Program-made: the position numbers and the translations under genes
Notes under the pieces: model-generated
What the model was told of the DNA's origin: nothing
Database searches by the model: none
What the model saw: the letters and a program-made list of their open reading frames with translations, nothing else
From: Styela clava
Taxonomy: Eukaryota
Assembly (NCBI RefSeq): GCF_964204865.1
Contig: NC_135257.1
Coordinates: 2,480,001-2,544,000 of the forward strand
Reading direction: 5' to 3'
Length of the DNA: 64,000 bases
Shown: positions 36,308 through 46,658 of the stretch, one piece after another
Numbering within the stretch: the stretch's first letter is position 1
Layout: each line of letters opens with the position of its first letter

Positions 36308-39300
36308 TCAATCCTCCACAGACCTAGAACCCTCATTGGCAATTAAAAGAACAAGCTTGTGTACAGGCCGGTCTAAATAAGCTGTGACCCCAACCCGCTT
36401 ACCATTGGTTGTTAACAATCTTGTGGCAAGCTGAAGTCTTACTTTACGTACTAGCCCATCACCACTGGGGAAAACCTCAACAACCTTTCCTAATTTCCAT
36501 GAATTTCTAGGAGACCCATCCTCAATAACATGGACAATATCACCCAGAGCAAGATTTCTCTTTGGAAAGACCCATTTCTGTCTTTCTTGCAAAAGGTGAA
36601 GGCATTCTCGTCGGTACCTGTACCAAAATTCATTAACAAGATATTGTACACGTCTCCATCGTTTTAAAAGATACTGATCAGACTTTTGGAAATTACCTGG
36701 AGGTGGCAACAAAACCTTGGGCTTGAGTGTTAAAATGTGGTTAGGAGTCAGTGGTTCAGGTGCCAGAGGATCACTCAAATTAGCAACCGCCAATGGTTTC
36801 GAATTAACAATCTGCTCGGCCTCCACTAACACAGTGCGAAATGATTCTTCGCATAATATGTGACCAAACTGTAAAAACAGGGGCTCCAAGGCAGAACGAA
36901 CAGTTCGTATCTGCCTTTCAACAAAACCCTGCATATGACTCGAATTTGGCACCCCAAATTTGAAATCGACCCAGTCACATTCACCCTGTAAGAGAAAATT
37001 TTTGATCTTGACTTGATCAAATTCCTTATAAGCCTTTCTTAATTCGTTACTTGCACCAATGAAATTGCTACCACAATCACAGCGTAGCTGTTTCACAGGG
37101 CCTCTTCGAGCAGTGAACCTACGCAAAGCGTTGATAAAAGAGTCTGTGCTCATAGAATTCAGAGATTCCAGATGTACAGCTCGTGATGACAAGCAAATGA
37201 ATAAAATTACCCATCGTTTCAACATGGACCTTTTTTCTTTAATAAAAAAATGCCCAAAGATATCCATGCCACAATATGTGAATGGACTGTCCAAATCAAA
37301 CCTATCTTTTGGCAGGTCAGCCATCTTCTGGCCATGTGGGTTACCTCTAATTTTTTTACAAGGAACACAAGCATGTATTTGCTGAGAAACAGCAGAAGTG
37401 CCTCCCAAAATCCAATAACCAGATTGCCGTATAGCATTTAGAGTCATATAACGACCCATGTGGCCACCACGGACATGAAAATGGTGAATAATAATACTTG
37501 TGACATGACCTTTTCTAGGTAAGACAACAGGGTGTTTTACCTCAAACTCCTCTCTAGAGTTTCGAATTCGTCCCCCAACTCTGACAATGCCAGAGTTATC
37601 AAGGAAGGGGTCTAATCTTGAAAACCGGTTTTTAAATGAGACTTGATCTGAGCAATCAGAATTCTTTAGTACACTTAGATCTTTACTAAAATATGAACGC
37701 TGAAGGGAAAATATAATTAAATTTTCAGCCTGGCACAAGTCATCAGAAGTAACTTTCTGAAAGGCAGATTTAGGATTCTTGAGCAAATCCTTGTACTTAA
37801 TACAGTTTGCAACTGCACGTTTTGCTTTAAACCAGGATGAGAAAATATTAAGTCTAGAGATATCAAAATCTTTGCCAGAACAGTCAGCTTTGAAGGCGAT
37901 GGTTCGATGCACAGAGCATCCCTTCATCTCCTTCTGCACTTCTAAAATTACTTCATCATTCTGTTCAGGCTTTACTAATGGAGGAACAAATTTTCCTTCA
38001 CACCACAAAAACTCTGGCCCGTTCAACCACCTACAACCAGCATTTAGCTGGTCTGCTTGCAAGCCTCGACTCGCATCATCACTCGGGTTTGCCTTGGTAG
38101 GTACATGATGCCAGGATGATGGACTAGAAAAATTATGGATAGTTTGCACCCTATTAGCCACAAAAACATTGAAACGTTTGCTCTCATTTTGTATATACCC
38201 CAGTACCACCATACTATCGACCCAGAAAAACTCTGTGGCAATTTTCAATTTTAGTTCAGTTTTAACCAAATTACTCATTCTGGCAGACACCACTGCTGCA
38301 GTCAATTCCAACCTGGGAATTGTAACATGTTTCAACGGAGCAACTCTGGCCTTACCAATTACAAGGGCACAATGTGCTTTGCCACAATCATTAACCAGAC
38401 GTAAGTATGTACACTGGCCATAACCACTTTCAGAGGCATCAGAAAAGTGATGAAGTTCCACATGCTTGACATTACCAAAATTTACCGGCTTATAGCAACG
38501 ATCTACTCTCAAATTCACCAAATGACAAAGATCCTTTTGCCATTTTTCCCATTTCACCCTGAAAATCTCAGGAATGGGTTCGTCCCAGTCATAACAATCC
38601 TTGCACAAGGCTTGGAGGATTTTCTTACCCTCGAGAATGACTGGTGCTACCAGACCTATGGGATCATACACACTACTGACTGCGGAAAGAATTCCCCTCC
38701 TTGTAACGGGAGTAACCTTCGAGTCAATACGAAAACACAAGCAATCACTCTCCACTAACCAGTCCACACCCAGAGCTCTTTCAACAGGTAAGGGATCAGA
38801 TTTTGGGTCCAAACACTGCACACTAGGAGACACAGACAATTGAGGAACGCTTTCAAGAACCTCCCGACTATTAGACATTATCTTACAGAGATTCAAACCA
38901 GCACTCGAACACAAATTTGTGCTATTTTTTATCAACTCAATAGCATCCTCTGCATTTGGCTTTGAAGTCAGACCATCATCAACGTAAAATTCATTACGAA
39001 TGAAGTCTGCTGCTTCCTTACCAAAGGAAGACTCACCATCATCTGCAGCATGCTTTAACCCGAAACTTGCACAGCCAGGTGATGAAATTGCACCAAATAG
39101 GTGAATTTTCAACTTGTAATGGCATAAGTTACCAGTCATATCACTATTATCCCACCATAAAAAACGTAACAGATCACGGTGCGGTTCATCAACTAAAAAT
39201 TGATGAAAAAATGCTTTAATATCACACTTCACAGCCACTCTCTCCATACGAAATCTGAGCAAAATACCCAAAAGACTGTTCATCTGGTCAGGCCCAGGAA

Positions 39301-39805
39301 GCAAATAATCATTCAAACACACACCACCATATTTTGCAGAACAGTCAAACACAACACGAATTTTATCAGGTTTCTTTGGATGATACACACCCAAATGAGG
39401 AACATAATTCACTCTACCATTGCTCAAACTTACTTCATCATCAGGCACCCGTTCAGCATAATTCTCAATGATGTCCGACATAAATTTATAATAATCATTT
39501 TTGTACTTCTGATCTCGAAGCATACGCTTCTTCAGCTGCCCAAGTCTTTTTTGAGCAAGAGGCAAATTATTTGGAAGGTTGATTTGTTGGGATCGTAAAG
39601 GTAACGGAAGTTTGTAATGGCCATCCTTTTTAGTGATGCCATCTGAGAGAATTTTTAGAAACCTGTGGTCTTCTGCTGACATATTTTGTTGATTGCCACA
39701 GTGCTCAACAAAATCAGCATTAAACATCGAACACACCTGATTGGGAAGTAATACTTCTTTTACTTTAACTTCTCCACGGGATCGACTTTGGAAGTAGCAC
39801 CACAT
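36308..39805 (-). CDS. BEL/Pao pol: reverse transcriptase, RNase H, integrase
   Basis: KIRVVFDCSA, LNDYLLPGPD, FYVDD (RT); FSDASESGYG and TIPRLELTAA (Pao RNase H region); H..GGH..CVPC zinc finger; integrase core residues in MDIFG, CDCGSNF and ERQIR; C-terminal RPVHKLVLL. Confidence 0.93.
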   Translation of the reverse strand: MWCYFQSRSRGEVKVKEVLLPNQVCSMFNADFVEHCGNQQNMSAEDHRFLKILSDGITKKDGHYKLPLPLRSQQINLPNNLPLAQKRLGQLKKRMLRDQKYKNDYYKFMSDIIENYAERVPDDEVSLSNGRVNYVPHLGVYHPKKPDKIRVVFDCSAKYGGVCLNDYLLPGPDQMNSLLGILLRFRMERVAVKCDIKAFFHQFLVDEPHRDLLRFLWWDNSDMTGNLCHYKLKIHLFGAISSPGCASFGLKHAADDGESSFGKEAADFIRNEFYVDDGLTSKPNAEDAIELIKNSTNLCSSAGLNLCKIMSNSREVLESVPQLSVSPSVQCLDPKSDPLPVERALGVDWLVESDCLCFRIDSKVTPVTRRGILSAVSSVYDPIGLVAPVILEGKKILQALCKDCYDWDEPIPEIFRVKWEKWQKDLCHLVNLRVDRCYKPVNFGNVKHVELHHFSDASESGYGQCTYLRLVNDCGKAHCALVIGKARVAPLKHVTIPRLELTAAVVSARMSNLVKTELKLKIATEFFWVDSMVVLGYIQNESKRFNVFVANRVQTIHNFSSPSSWHHVPTKANPSDDASRGLQADQLNAGCRWLNGPEFLWCEGKFVPPLVKPEQNDEVILEVQKEMKGCSVHRTIAFKADCSGKDFDISRLNIFSSWFKAKRAVANCIKYKDLLKNPKSAFQKVTSDDLCQAENLIIFSLQRSYFSKDLSVLKNSDCSDQVSFKNRFSRLDPFLDNSGIVRVGGRIRNSREEFEVKHPVVLPRKGHVTSIIIHHFHVRGGHMGRYMTLNAIRQSGYWILGGTSAVSQQIHACVPCKKIRGNPHGQKMADLPKDRFDLDSPFTYCGMDIFGHFFIKEKRSMLKRWVILFICLSSRAVHLESLNSMSTDSFINALRRFTARRGPVKQLRCDCGSNFIGASNELRKAYKEFDQVKIKNFLLQGECDWVDFKFGVPNSSHMQGFVERQIRTVRSALEPLFLQFGHILCEESFRTVLVEAEQIVNSKPLAVANLSDPLAPEPLTPNHILTLKPKVLLPPPGNFQKSDQYLLKRWRRVQYLVNEFWYRYRRECLHLLQERQKWVFPKRNLALGDIVHVIEDGSPRNSWKLGKVVEVFPSGDGLVRKVRLQLATRLLTTNGKRVGVTAYLDRPVHKLVLLIANEGSRSVED

Positions 39806-40221
39806 GCTAGCATCCTATGACTTACATAGCAATCATTATCATCATGGCAAACTTTTCCAATAACACCCCATCCAAGTATGGATCTTTGAGCATATGGCTC
39901 AGTTTCTAGACCGGCTATTATATCTCGAGGTCTGATAGCATTTGGTGCATTACTGCCTATAAGCATAGAAACAGGGAGATCTGGCATATATGGCATTAAG
40001 TGCTTGGCTACATCAGCTAAATGTTTCCACTTTTTGCAGACTTCAGATTTGGGAATTTGAGATCTCTTGACAGAGATCTCATCTCGGGTATATGCTCTGG
40101 GAACAGATATAATATCTTTATGATCATAACTAGAGACTTGGATATTTTTAAAAACCTTGCAACGAATTAAGTCATTGCAGCTGGACATAGTGGATAATGA
40201 TATCTGGGTGTCAACACCCTG
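39760..40221 (-). CDS. BEL/Pao protease C-terminal part, bounded by an in-frame stop and a frameshift
   Basis: In frame with gag after TAA 40224-40222 (QGVDTQISLSTM..MLIGSN..PYAQRSILGWGVIG). Out of frame with pol near 39805. Confidence 0.8.
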   Translation of the reverse strand, partial: QGVDTQISLSTMSSCNDLIRCKVFKNIQVSSYDHKDIISVPRAYTRDEISVKRSQIPKSEVCKKWKHLADVAKHLMPYMPDLPVSMLIGSNAPNAIRPRDIIAGLETEPYAQRSILGWGVIGKVCHDDNDCYVSHRMLACGATSKVDPVEKLK

Positions 40222-42651
40222 TTACCCCAGTTGCTGTTGCAACTCACCTGTGATAAAACTTGTATTAGACTGGCCATCAAGAAGACAGTAACATAACACC
40301 TCTTTTGAAGTGTTACCTTTGACCCATACTGGGATAATCATGGATTGGTCTACACCATCATGTTGGTCAACTATTGAGCATACTTCAGAACAGAAAGATT
40401 GGTTACTTTCAGTCTGCTCTGGCTTATTGTCAACATGAAAACATGTCAAATGGCATTTATTGCACTTTCTGCAAGAAGCCACGTTTTTGCATGACTTTGC
40501 ACTATGACTCTTGGACATTTTCACTCCACAAGAATAACATAAAAAATTATCCCAGAACAGTTTCCTTCTTTTTACCAAAGAAATTCGTAAGAATGTTTGA
40601 CAATCACCAATTTTGTGAGGCCCATTACAATGCAAGCAACTATCTCGTGAAACATTAGTGCTAAAGGAATTTTTATTCATTCGATGACCATATCTCGAAT
40701 GATTAGACTTACTATTTTGCTCAGTATTATACTTGGACGGGTTGAAATTCTCATCAAAAACTGTCATCTCAGGACAATGCATCACTGAGGCAGGCTTTAA
40801 AATAAATTTTGCAAACTCCTCGAATGGAGGATATTTGGGGCAGTTTACCTCTAAGTTATCAGAGGTGTTTACATTAAACTTACACTTCCATTCATAAACT
40901 GACTCTTTCCACCTGTTAAACAATGAAGAGGGCAAAACTCTTTTGATTAACGCACATAGCTCTGAGGGAAAATCGAGAATTTTTAAATCCTCTACAACCT
41001 TTTTAACCTCAACAATTTGCTGAAGGAAATCAGAAAATGCCAACATGCCTTTTATATCATTTGGGCCAATTTTAGGCCATGATGCCAGTTTTGTTCTAAA
41101 GGCTATACTAATGACACTGTCATCACCATAGCGATCTTTTAAGGCCTTTTTAGCTCTTTCATAAGAATTCTCGGATTGTAATAAAAACAAACCTTCAACC
41201 ATACTTTTGGGTTCACCTGTCAAGTGACGTTCAAGCAGATTCATTTTATCTGCGTCATCAAGCAACCTTTGCTCAACTAGCTTTTTAAATGAACTCTCCC
41301 ATTGTGGATATTGCAATGGATCTCCATCAAACACCCTAACTTTGGCTACAGGAGCTCTTTGGACTGATAAAATGTTACTCATTAAATTGGTCATATCATG
41401 GGAAAGATTGCAGGTCTGTGGAGGAAGAGCAGCACTATTCACAGTGGGAACAGAGATATTATTATCATTACAATGAGTTGGTAAGCTGCCTGAATTGGCA
41501 GACACAGTGGTAGTTTGTGTACAACAGTTAAAGGGAGCACTAGCAAAACTAGATACATTTAAAACATTTTGTGATACATTAGAAACAGTAGGCACTGATG
41601 GACATGAATTTACATTAGGGGGTGGCAAAGAAACGCTACCAACATTTACAACACCAGTGGAAATGGCATCTTGGGAAGCACTAACATTAGCAATGGATGG
41701 TCGGGGATTGATTACAGGACTATAGCTCGATGCTTGGCAGGGAATATCAACAACAGTGGATAAAACTTGATCATGATTAGAAATATCTGAATTATTTAGC
41801 TCCATTTGAGGATTAATAACCATGCACGCTGAGGCCTCATTTAAAATAGGAGATGATTTTGAATTTGCATTAAAACAATTATTATTAGGACTGAAATAAT
41901 TATTTGCACCTCTCATTAGATCCACATCAACACTGAAAGGATTTTCGGCCTCTTCAGCTTGAAGACAAACTAGCGCTCTGGCTTTTTTCTCCGCTATCTC
42001 TTTTTGAATCTGAAGTTCCTTTTCTTGCTCCATTAGACGAGACTGTTGTTTTCGAATTTCTTTTGTGGCTTCCATCGCGGCAACTTCCTTTCGCAATTCG
42101 AAAAATTCCTCTTTTGCTGAGACTTTGCTTTGATGAGATGAAGATTTCACACTGGTTACAGATCGAGCAGAGCTGTGTCGCTTTGAACTTGGATGATACG
42201 ATCGAGAACATTGGGATTTTTCTTCTAACTCTAATATTTTCGCGCTAGCAGTTTCAGAAATTTTTACGATATTGTTAATACATTGCTCATAACGACACAT
42301 GAAATTATTCAATTCAGTTTCCAATAAAATGTTCTTCATATCTTTGACAATGGAAGATAAACTTGATTTGTACTGCACTAGTTTCAGAAACACCTCTTGG
42401 ATACCAGAACCATCTTTACATGTGACGAATGACAATTTGCAGTCTGTTATGCCCTCTGATATTTCACTTTCCACTTCATGGAAGGCTGATTTCAATGAGT
42501 TACTATTTTCTTCACTGCTAGTGGTGACAGAAGTCATTTCAGCAGCAGAGAATATTTTGATTGGTTTGCTTTTTAAAGTTTCACATAGGGATGAGATTTC
42601 CAAATCATCTTTTGAATTAGCAATATGATTTTGTTCAGATTTTGTTGACAT
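40222..42651 (-). CDS. BEL/Pao gag plus protease catalytic motif
   Basis: FDGDPLQYPQWESSF and ALKDRYG (BEL gag core). Three Cys/His knuckles: CLHCNGPHKIGDC, CYSC..HSAKSC, CRKCNKCHLTCFH. Aspartic protease motif LLDGQSNTSF. First ATG at 42651. Confidence 0.9.
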   Translation of the reverse strand: MSTKSEQNHIANSKDDLEISSLCETLKSKPIKIFSAAEMTSVTTSSEENSNSLKSAFHEVESEISEGITDCKLSFVTCKDGSGIQEVFLKLVQYKSSLSSIVKDMKNILLETELNNFMCRYEQCINNIVKISETASAKILELEEKSQCSRSYHPSSKRHSSARSVTSVKSSSHQSKVSAKEEFFELRKEVAAMEATKEIRKQQSRLMEQEKELQIQKEIAEKKARALVCLQAEEAENPFSVDVDLMRGANNYFSPNNNCFNANSKSSPILNEASACMVINPQMELNNSDISNHDQVLSTVVDIPCQASSYSPVINPRPSIANVSASQDAISTGVVNVGSVSLPPPNVNSCPSVPTVSNVSQNVLNVSSFASAPFNCCTQTTTVSANSGSLPTHCNDNNISVPTVNSAALPPQTCNLSHDMTNLMSNILSVQRAPVAKVRVFDGDPLQYPQWESSFKKLVEQRLLDDADKMNLLERHLTGEPKSMVEGLFLLQSENSYERAKKALKDRYGDDSVISIAFRTKLASWPKIGPNDIKGMLAFSDFLQQIVEVKKVVEDLKILDFPSELCALIKRVLPSSLFNRWKESVYEWKCKFNVNTSDNLEVNCPKYPPFEEFAKFILKPASVMHCPEMTVFDENFNPSKYNTEQNSKSNHSRYGHRMNKNSFSTNVSRDSCLHCNGPHKIGDCQTFLRISLVKRRKLFWDNFLCYSCGVKMSKSHSAKSCKNVASCRKCNKCHLTCFHVDNKPEQTESNQSFCSEVCSIVDQHDGVDQSMIIPVWVKGNTSKEVLCYCLLDGQSNTSFITGELQQQLG

Positions 42652-42968
42652 GATTAGATGGTGGTAATCTAATTGCAGCTGATTAGACAGGATTAGGATA
42701 GGCCTACGCGGCCTTCTCAGCAGCACAACTTACTGATTATATGACGTTTTGCTGCAACACTTGCAGACTTTGACAATGCAGCAATGTGTTGGGTCTGTGG
42801 TAACACCCCACAATACTTCACTGCAACACTTGCAGATTTTGACAATGTCCTCCCGCGGTTTGATGGTGTATTTTACTATACGGAGCTTCTGTGAAGTTTC
42901 CGTACGACACTTTGCTGCAACACTTGCAGACTTTGACACAATGCCCTCCCGAGAGATATGTATTTTAC

Positions 42969-43440
42969 TATAACGGCTCAGCACCATACGATGGCGATGT
43001 GCTCGTTAGGGTGATTGGAATAAATAGATCGTACAGGCACTTTGTTTTTGATGACGCGGTTCTGTCTGAGTTCCTTTCAAAGTTCGAAACGATTGTCCAA
43101 AGATGTTTATTGTTGAGTCAAAATAGTAGTCAAATAATGATGAAATAGTTGTCAAACAGTAATCCGGTAAAATACAGTGCTATTACACAGGAGGGACCAA
43201 TAATAACTATATGAAACAGGAAAATAGAATTATATGATGTAAATTTAAACTACGCCTAATTAATAATACCAAAAGCCCCCCCGATTGATTAAGATACAAA
43301 TTTATACGTCCTACCTCCAAGCGGCTCACGCCGAAAGAGATCCCGCCAACACCAAAATGGTCAGGGTTCAATGCCCTAAGTTACCGTTGCCAGTTTAGTC
43401 ACAATAATAGCGGTCACCGTTTAGAATCATGACCGCTACA
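42969..43440 (-). repeat. 5' LTR of the BEL/Pao element
   Basis: 472 bp, near-identical to 35373-35843. Confidence 0.95.
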
Positions 43441-43791
43441 AATAGTATTGTAACACTTTTGAAGTCGAAAACTGGTAAAATTGAGGCTTTCGATTTTGTT
43501 TGTCAATCCTCACTAAAGTATTTTTACAACAGCCTTCCCAAAGCATGATTCGTCCTTAATCTTCATGACCCTTATGATGTCATACATTGTGCTGTAAATT
43601 TTGATTCTAATATAATAAGAAACACGCAAATTACGTATTTACGTTTGCAATTATGATATCAAAATCGATCAAAAAAAGTTATCGAAACTATGTATCTGGT
43701 ACATGTTTCAATTAAACACTCGCCAATTTCGAACAATTTATTTTGGTAAGCACCCAGTATTTTTTGCATGTCTGCATAACATAACTGTTAC

Positions 43792-44560
43792 TAGGGTTGC
43801 CAACTATGAAAAGTCTCAATAAAGGACATAGATTACCGTTTTGTAACTTGCAGGAAAGAACAATATAAAACAATGAAATACAAACTATATACAAGTTAAA
43901 AAGATATATTAAAAAATCTTCATGTTGGTTTCATTTAATGTTTATTTAACATTGACGCAATCAAACTGCATTCTGTGAACAGTTTAGTACTTTGAATCAT
44001 GCCAAATTTTATTTGAATGGATGCAACTTCATCAAATAGGTCAAACATATTCAAATTAAGTTTGTCTTTTAGCTTCAAATGCTCTACAATTTTCTAAGTG
44101 TCATATTTTGGAAAAAGATTATCCAAATGAGATAATTTTCCAAATGTTGAATTTTCATCAAAGTCAAATCTTTTTTCCAAATACGTTATCGCAGAGTTAA
44201 AAAATAATCTAAAATCTTAGAGACCAATTATACGTAGAATATTCAGTTATTGAACTAGAATTCACTCAAATCTTTTAGTGTTGCCACTATTGCCATCTTC
44301 GGAATATTATTGTAGAATATTTGAAATTGTTAATAAAATTTGTATTTCTTTGGCTATTTGAGCCGTACCAAAGCGAAATGAAAAAGAATAATTAAAAGCT
44401 TTCAAATACATAAACGGAGGCGATTTAAGAACGAAACAATATCAAACACAGTAACATGACGTTGGAAAAATTAAAGGACAATTATCATCTTAAAAAGGAC
44501 AAGGACAAAAATCTCAAATAAAGGATTGTCCTTTGAAATGAAGGACGGTTGACAACCCTA
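43792..44560. mobile_element. hAT (Tip100/Blackjack-like) deletion derivative
   Basis: TAGGGTTGCCAAC / GTTGACAACCCTA ends. AAAGGACA subterminal repeats. Flanks ACTGTTAC / ACAGGTAC (6/8). Minus-strand transposase-like remnant FNSAITYLEKRFDFDENS. Confidence 0.7.
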
Positions 44561-45821
44561 ACAGGTACATATATTATGCGTACGAATCAAAAGATTATAA
44601 TTTCACTGAGTCAATTCAGATTACCATTAAAGACTCCCAATGCTTAATTACTACTCACCAATCGATGTGACACGAAGGGAACGTCGGAGGTGAGATATTT
44701 TACGTAATTGCTGCAGAAATCGATTTAATTTTTTAAATCATTTTTTAAACGTTGAACCCAGAACGCCTGGCGACTTTTAGTTGATAAAAACAACCAACCC
44801 ATTACGTCAACAACACAAATCTTTGTGAGGACTGTTGTTATAAATAAAAACGTATATTGACTAAGCGTACATCGAAAGCGGAGTAGGGCGTACATTTCTT
44901 CAATACTTGAACAGCTATAAACATTACATAGTGCCGTGATTTCATGAGATTGTTTATCAGTACCATCAAATGCAAATTTTCTCACTTTAATAATTAACGT
45001 TACAAAAATATTTCTCCAAATCTCACGATCGTGACCGTACAAGTAACAGTAAGTATCGGAATTGAATGATGTACTACATTAATTGTTTCATGACTAGTAA
45101 ATCAATCAGGTTTTCCCAATATTCATTTTTATCTCCCATTTGATTTGAAAGGTTCAATCACTTGTTCGAATCTTCTCTAAGTGAGCGTGAAAATAACAAG
45201 ATGTGGGACCAGTCTTCGCGACGTCTAATGCCGATAATCAATCGATTTTCCAGTTAATCGGAAAGTTATTTACGTGGGAGAGGGATTTCTGATTTGCCAA
45301 GAACAAATGCTTGTTTAATGAATAGGAAATCAAACTGGCATTGACACAAATCGTTAACAATAAGTGTATACTCTATAAAACTTGTTGGGTTTGAAGATCG
45401 TGAGAACGGTATGCTCAAGTAGGTACAAGATCTCCAAAAATTGATCCCTGATACTTATTTCCTTTGTTGAAATTTAAATACAGTAATATATATCAGCAAC
45501 AACCAACAAGTTATCGTTTCCAGTCTCCAACCAGCTTAATTAATGTATTAAAAACACTCGTGCAACCAAATTTTGCGGTAAATATAAGTTTATAATATAA
45601 GTTTATAGGTATATACCTATGTTCACATTATATATTATGCTATAGTAATAATGACTTGAAAATAGAGAATTGAATCGATTTTTTTTGTAACTACACTTGA
45701 CGGACCTAGATTATTTTTACCATGGGAATTGAAACAGTGTTCGATATTTTTATAAAGCAACTTCGTAAGCGGCTTTTGTCGCAGAACCCTCTGCACGCGG
45801 AAGATTTAGTTGCAGCCAGAG

Positions 45822-46658
45822 ATGGATGAAATAGAAAGTGTTACGAAAGTGAATGATCTTGATGATGACACGGAGCATCATCATGGCGGTTTATTTCAGT
45901 AAGAATATTTTTTCTGGATTTAATTAACTCAACTATTGAAACGTATGCAGGAAAATTTGTCTGACTTGGACTTGGAAGTAGATTTGAAGATAAAAGATGA
46001 AAAAGATTATCTTTTAGAAAATAAGTTTTCGCAAAGTAGAATATATAAAATGAACGATAAATTAGGTTTATTTTACTTTGATCTTGTTTGTGGAAGATAT
46101 ACTGTTACCATCTTAAAATAGGCAATCTGCCTCACATCTGAACTTGGTTTGTTTGGGAACGACACAGTAAGAGAGTAATATCATAAAATAAATAATCATA
46201 TATTGTCATTTTTACGAGTGCACCGTTAGACTATTGATTATTAAATTTTTAATTCTACACTAAGATATGCCAGTTTCAGATCATATGTAGAGAAATTTCA
46301 TTTTATATAAATAAATATGTTTTATTTTATATAAATAAATTGACTAACAAGCTAGTTTCACATATTGAGTTATTAGTTCTAAGCATTTTATGCCTACAAA
46401 GTATATTATACGTGCATGCAAAGAAAACACTTCATGAATTGAGTACTGTCAAACTAACACCAATTTACATTTATTATTATTATATTTTATAGCGTGAATC
46501 TGCCTTGGATAACGACCGTCGTTGTTCTCATTGCTGTAGTTCTTTTTGTGTATCTGTATGTGAAAATCAGTCGTCATATGTCAAACAGAGCGAAACAGAA
46601 ACGATTATCAAAGAGACAACTTAATTTGTCTAACTTGGAAAGTGGAGAGAATTTATGA
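45822..46658 (+). CDS. Uncharacterised 80-aa single-pass membrane microprotein (exons 45822-45898 and 46493-46658; possible further exon from 47988)
   Basis: A phase-2 GT-AG join gives MDEIESVTKVNDLDDDTEHHHGGLFHVNLPWITTVVVLIAVVLFVYLYVKISRHMSNRAKQKRLSKRQLNLSNLESGENL*: acidic N-terminus, about 20-aa hydrophobic helix, basic juxtamembrane segment. Confidence 0.65.

Larger units (their letters stand above)
35373..43440 (-). mobile_element. Full-length BEL/Pao LTR retrotransposon (8068 bp)
   Basis: LTRs 35373-35843 and 42969-43440 differ by 2 substitutions and a 1-bp indel. 5-bp TSD AATAG at 35368-35372 and 43441-43445. Polypurine tract GGGGAGCCA precedes the 3' LTR. Domain order gag-PR-RT-RH-IN. 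Confidence 0.97.

Noticed and set aside
36826-42628. Numerous plus-strand ORFs opposite gag and pol
   Set aside because: Antisense shadows of long coding frames, with no recognisable motifs.
45936-46121. 61-aa acidic ORF
   Set aside because: TTG start, lies within intron 1 of the microprotein model, and has no splice or motif support.
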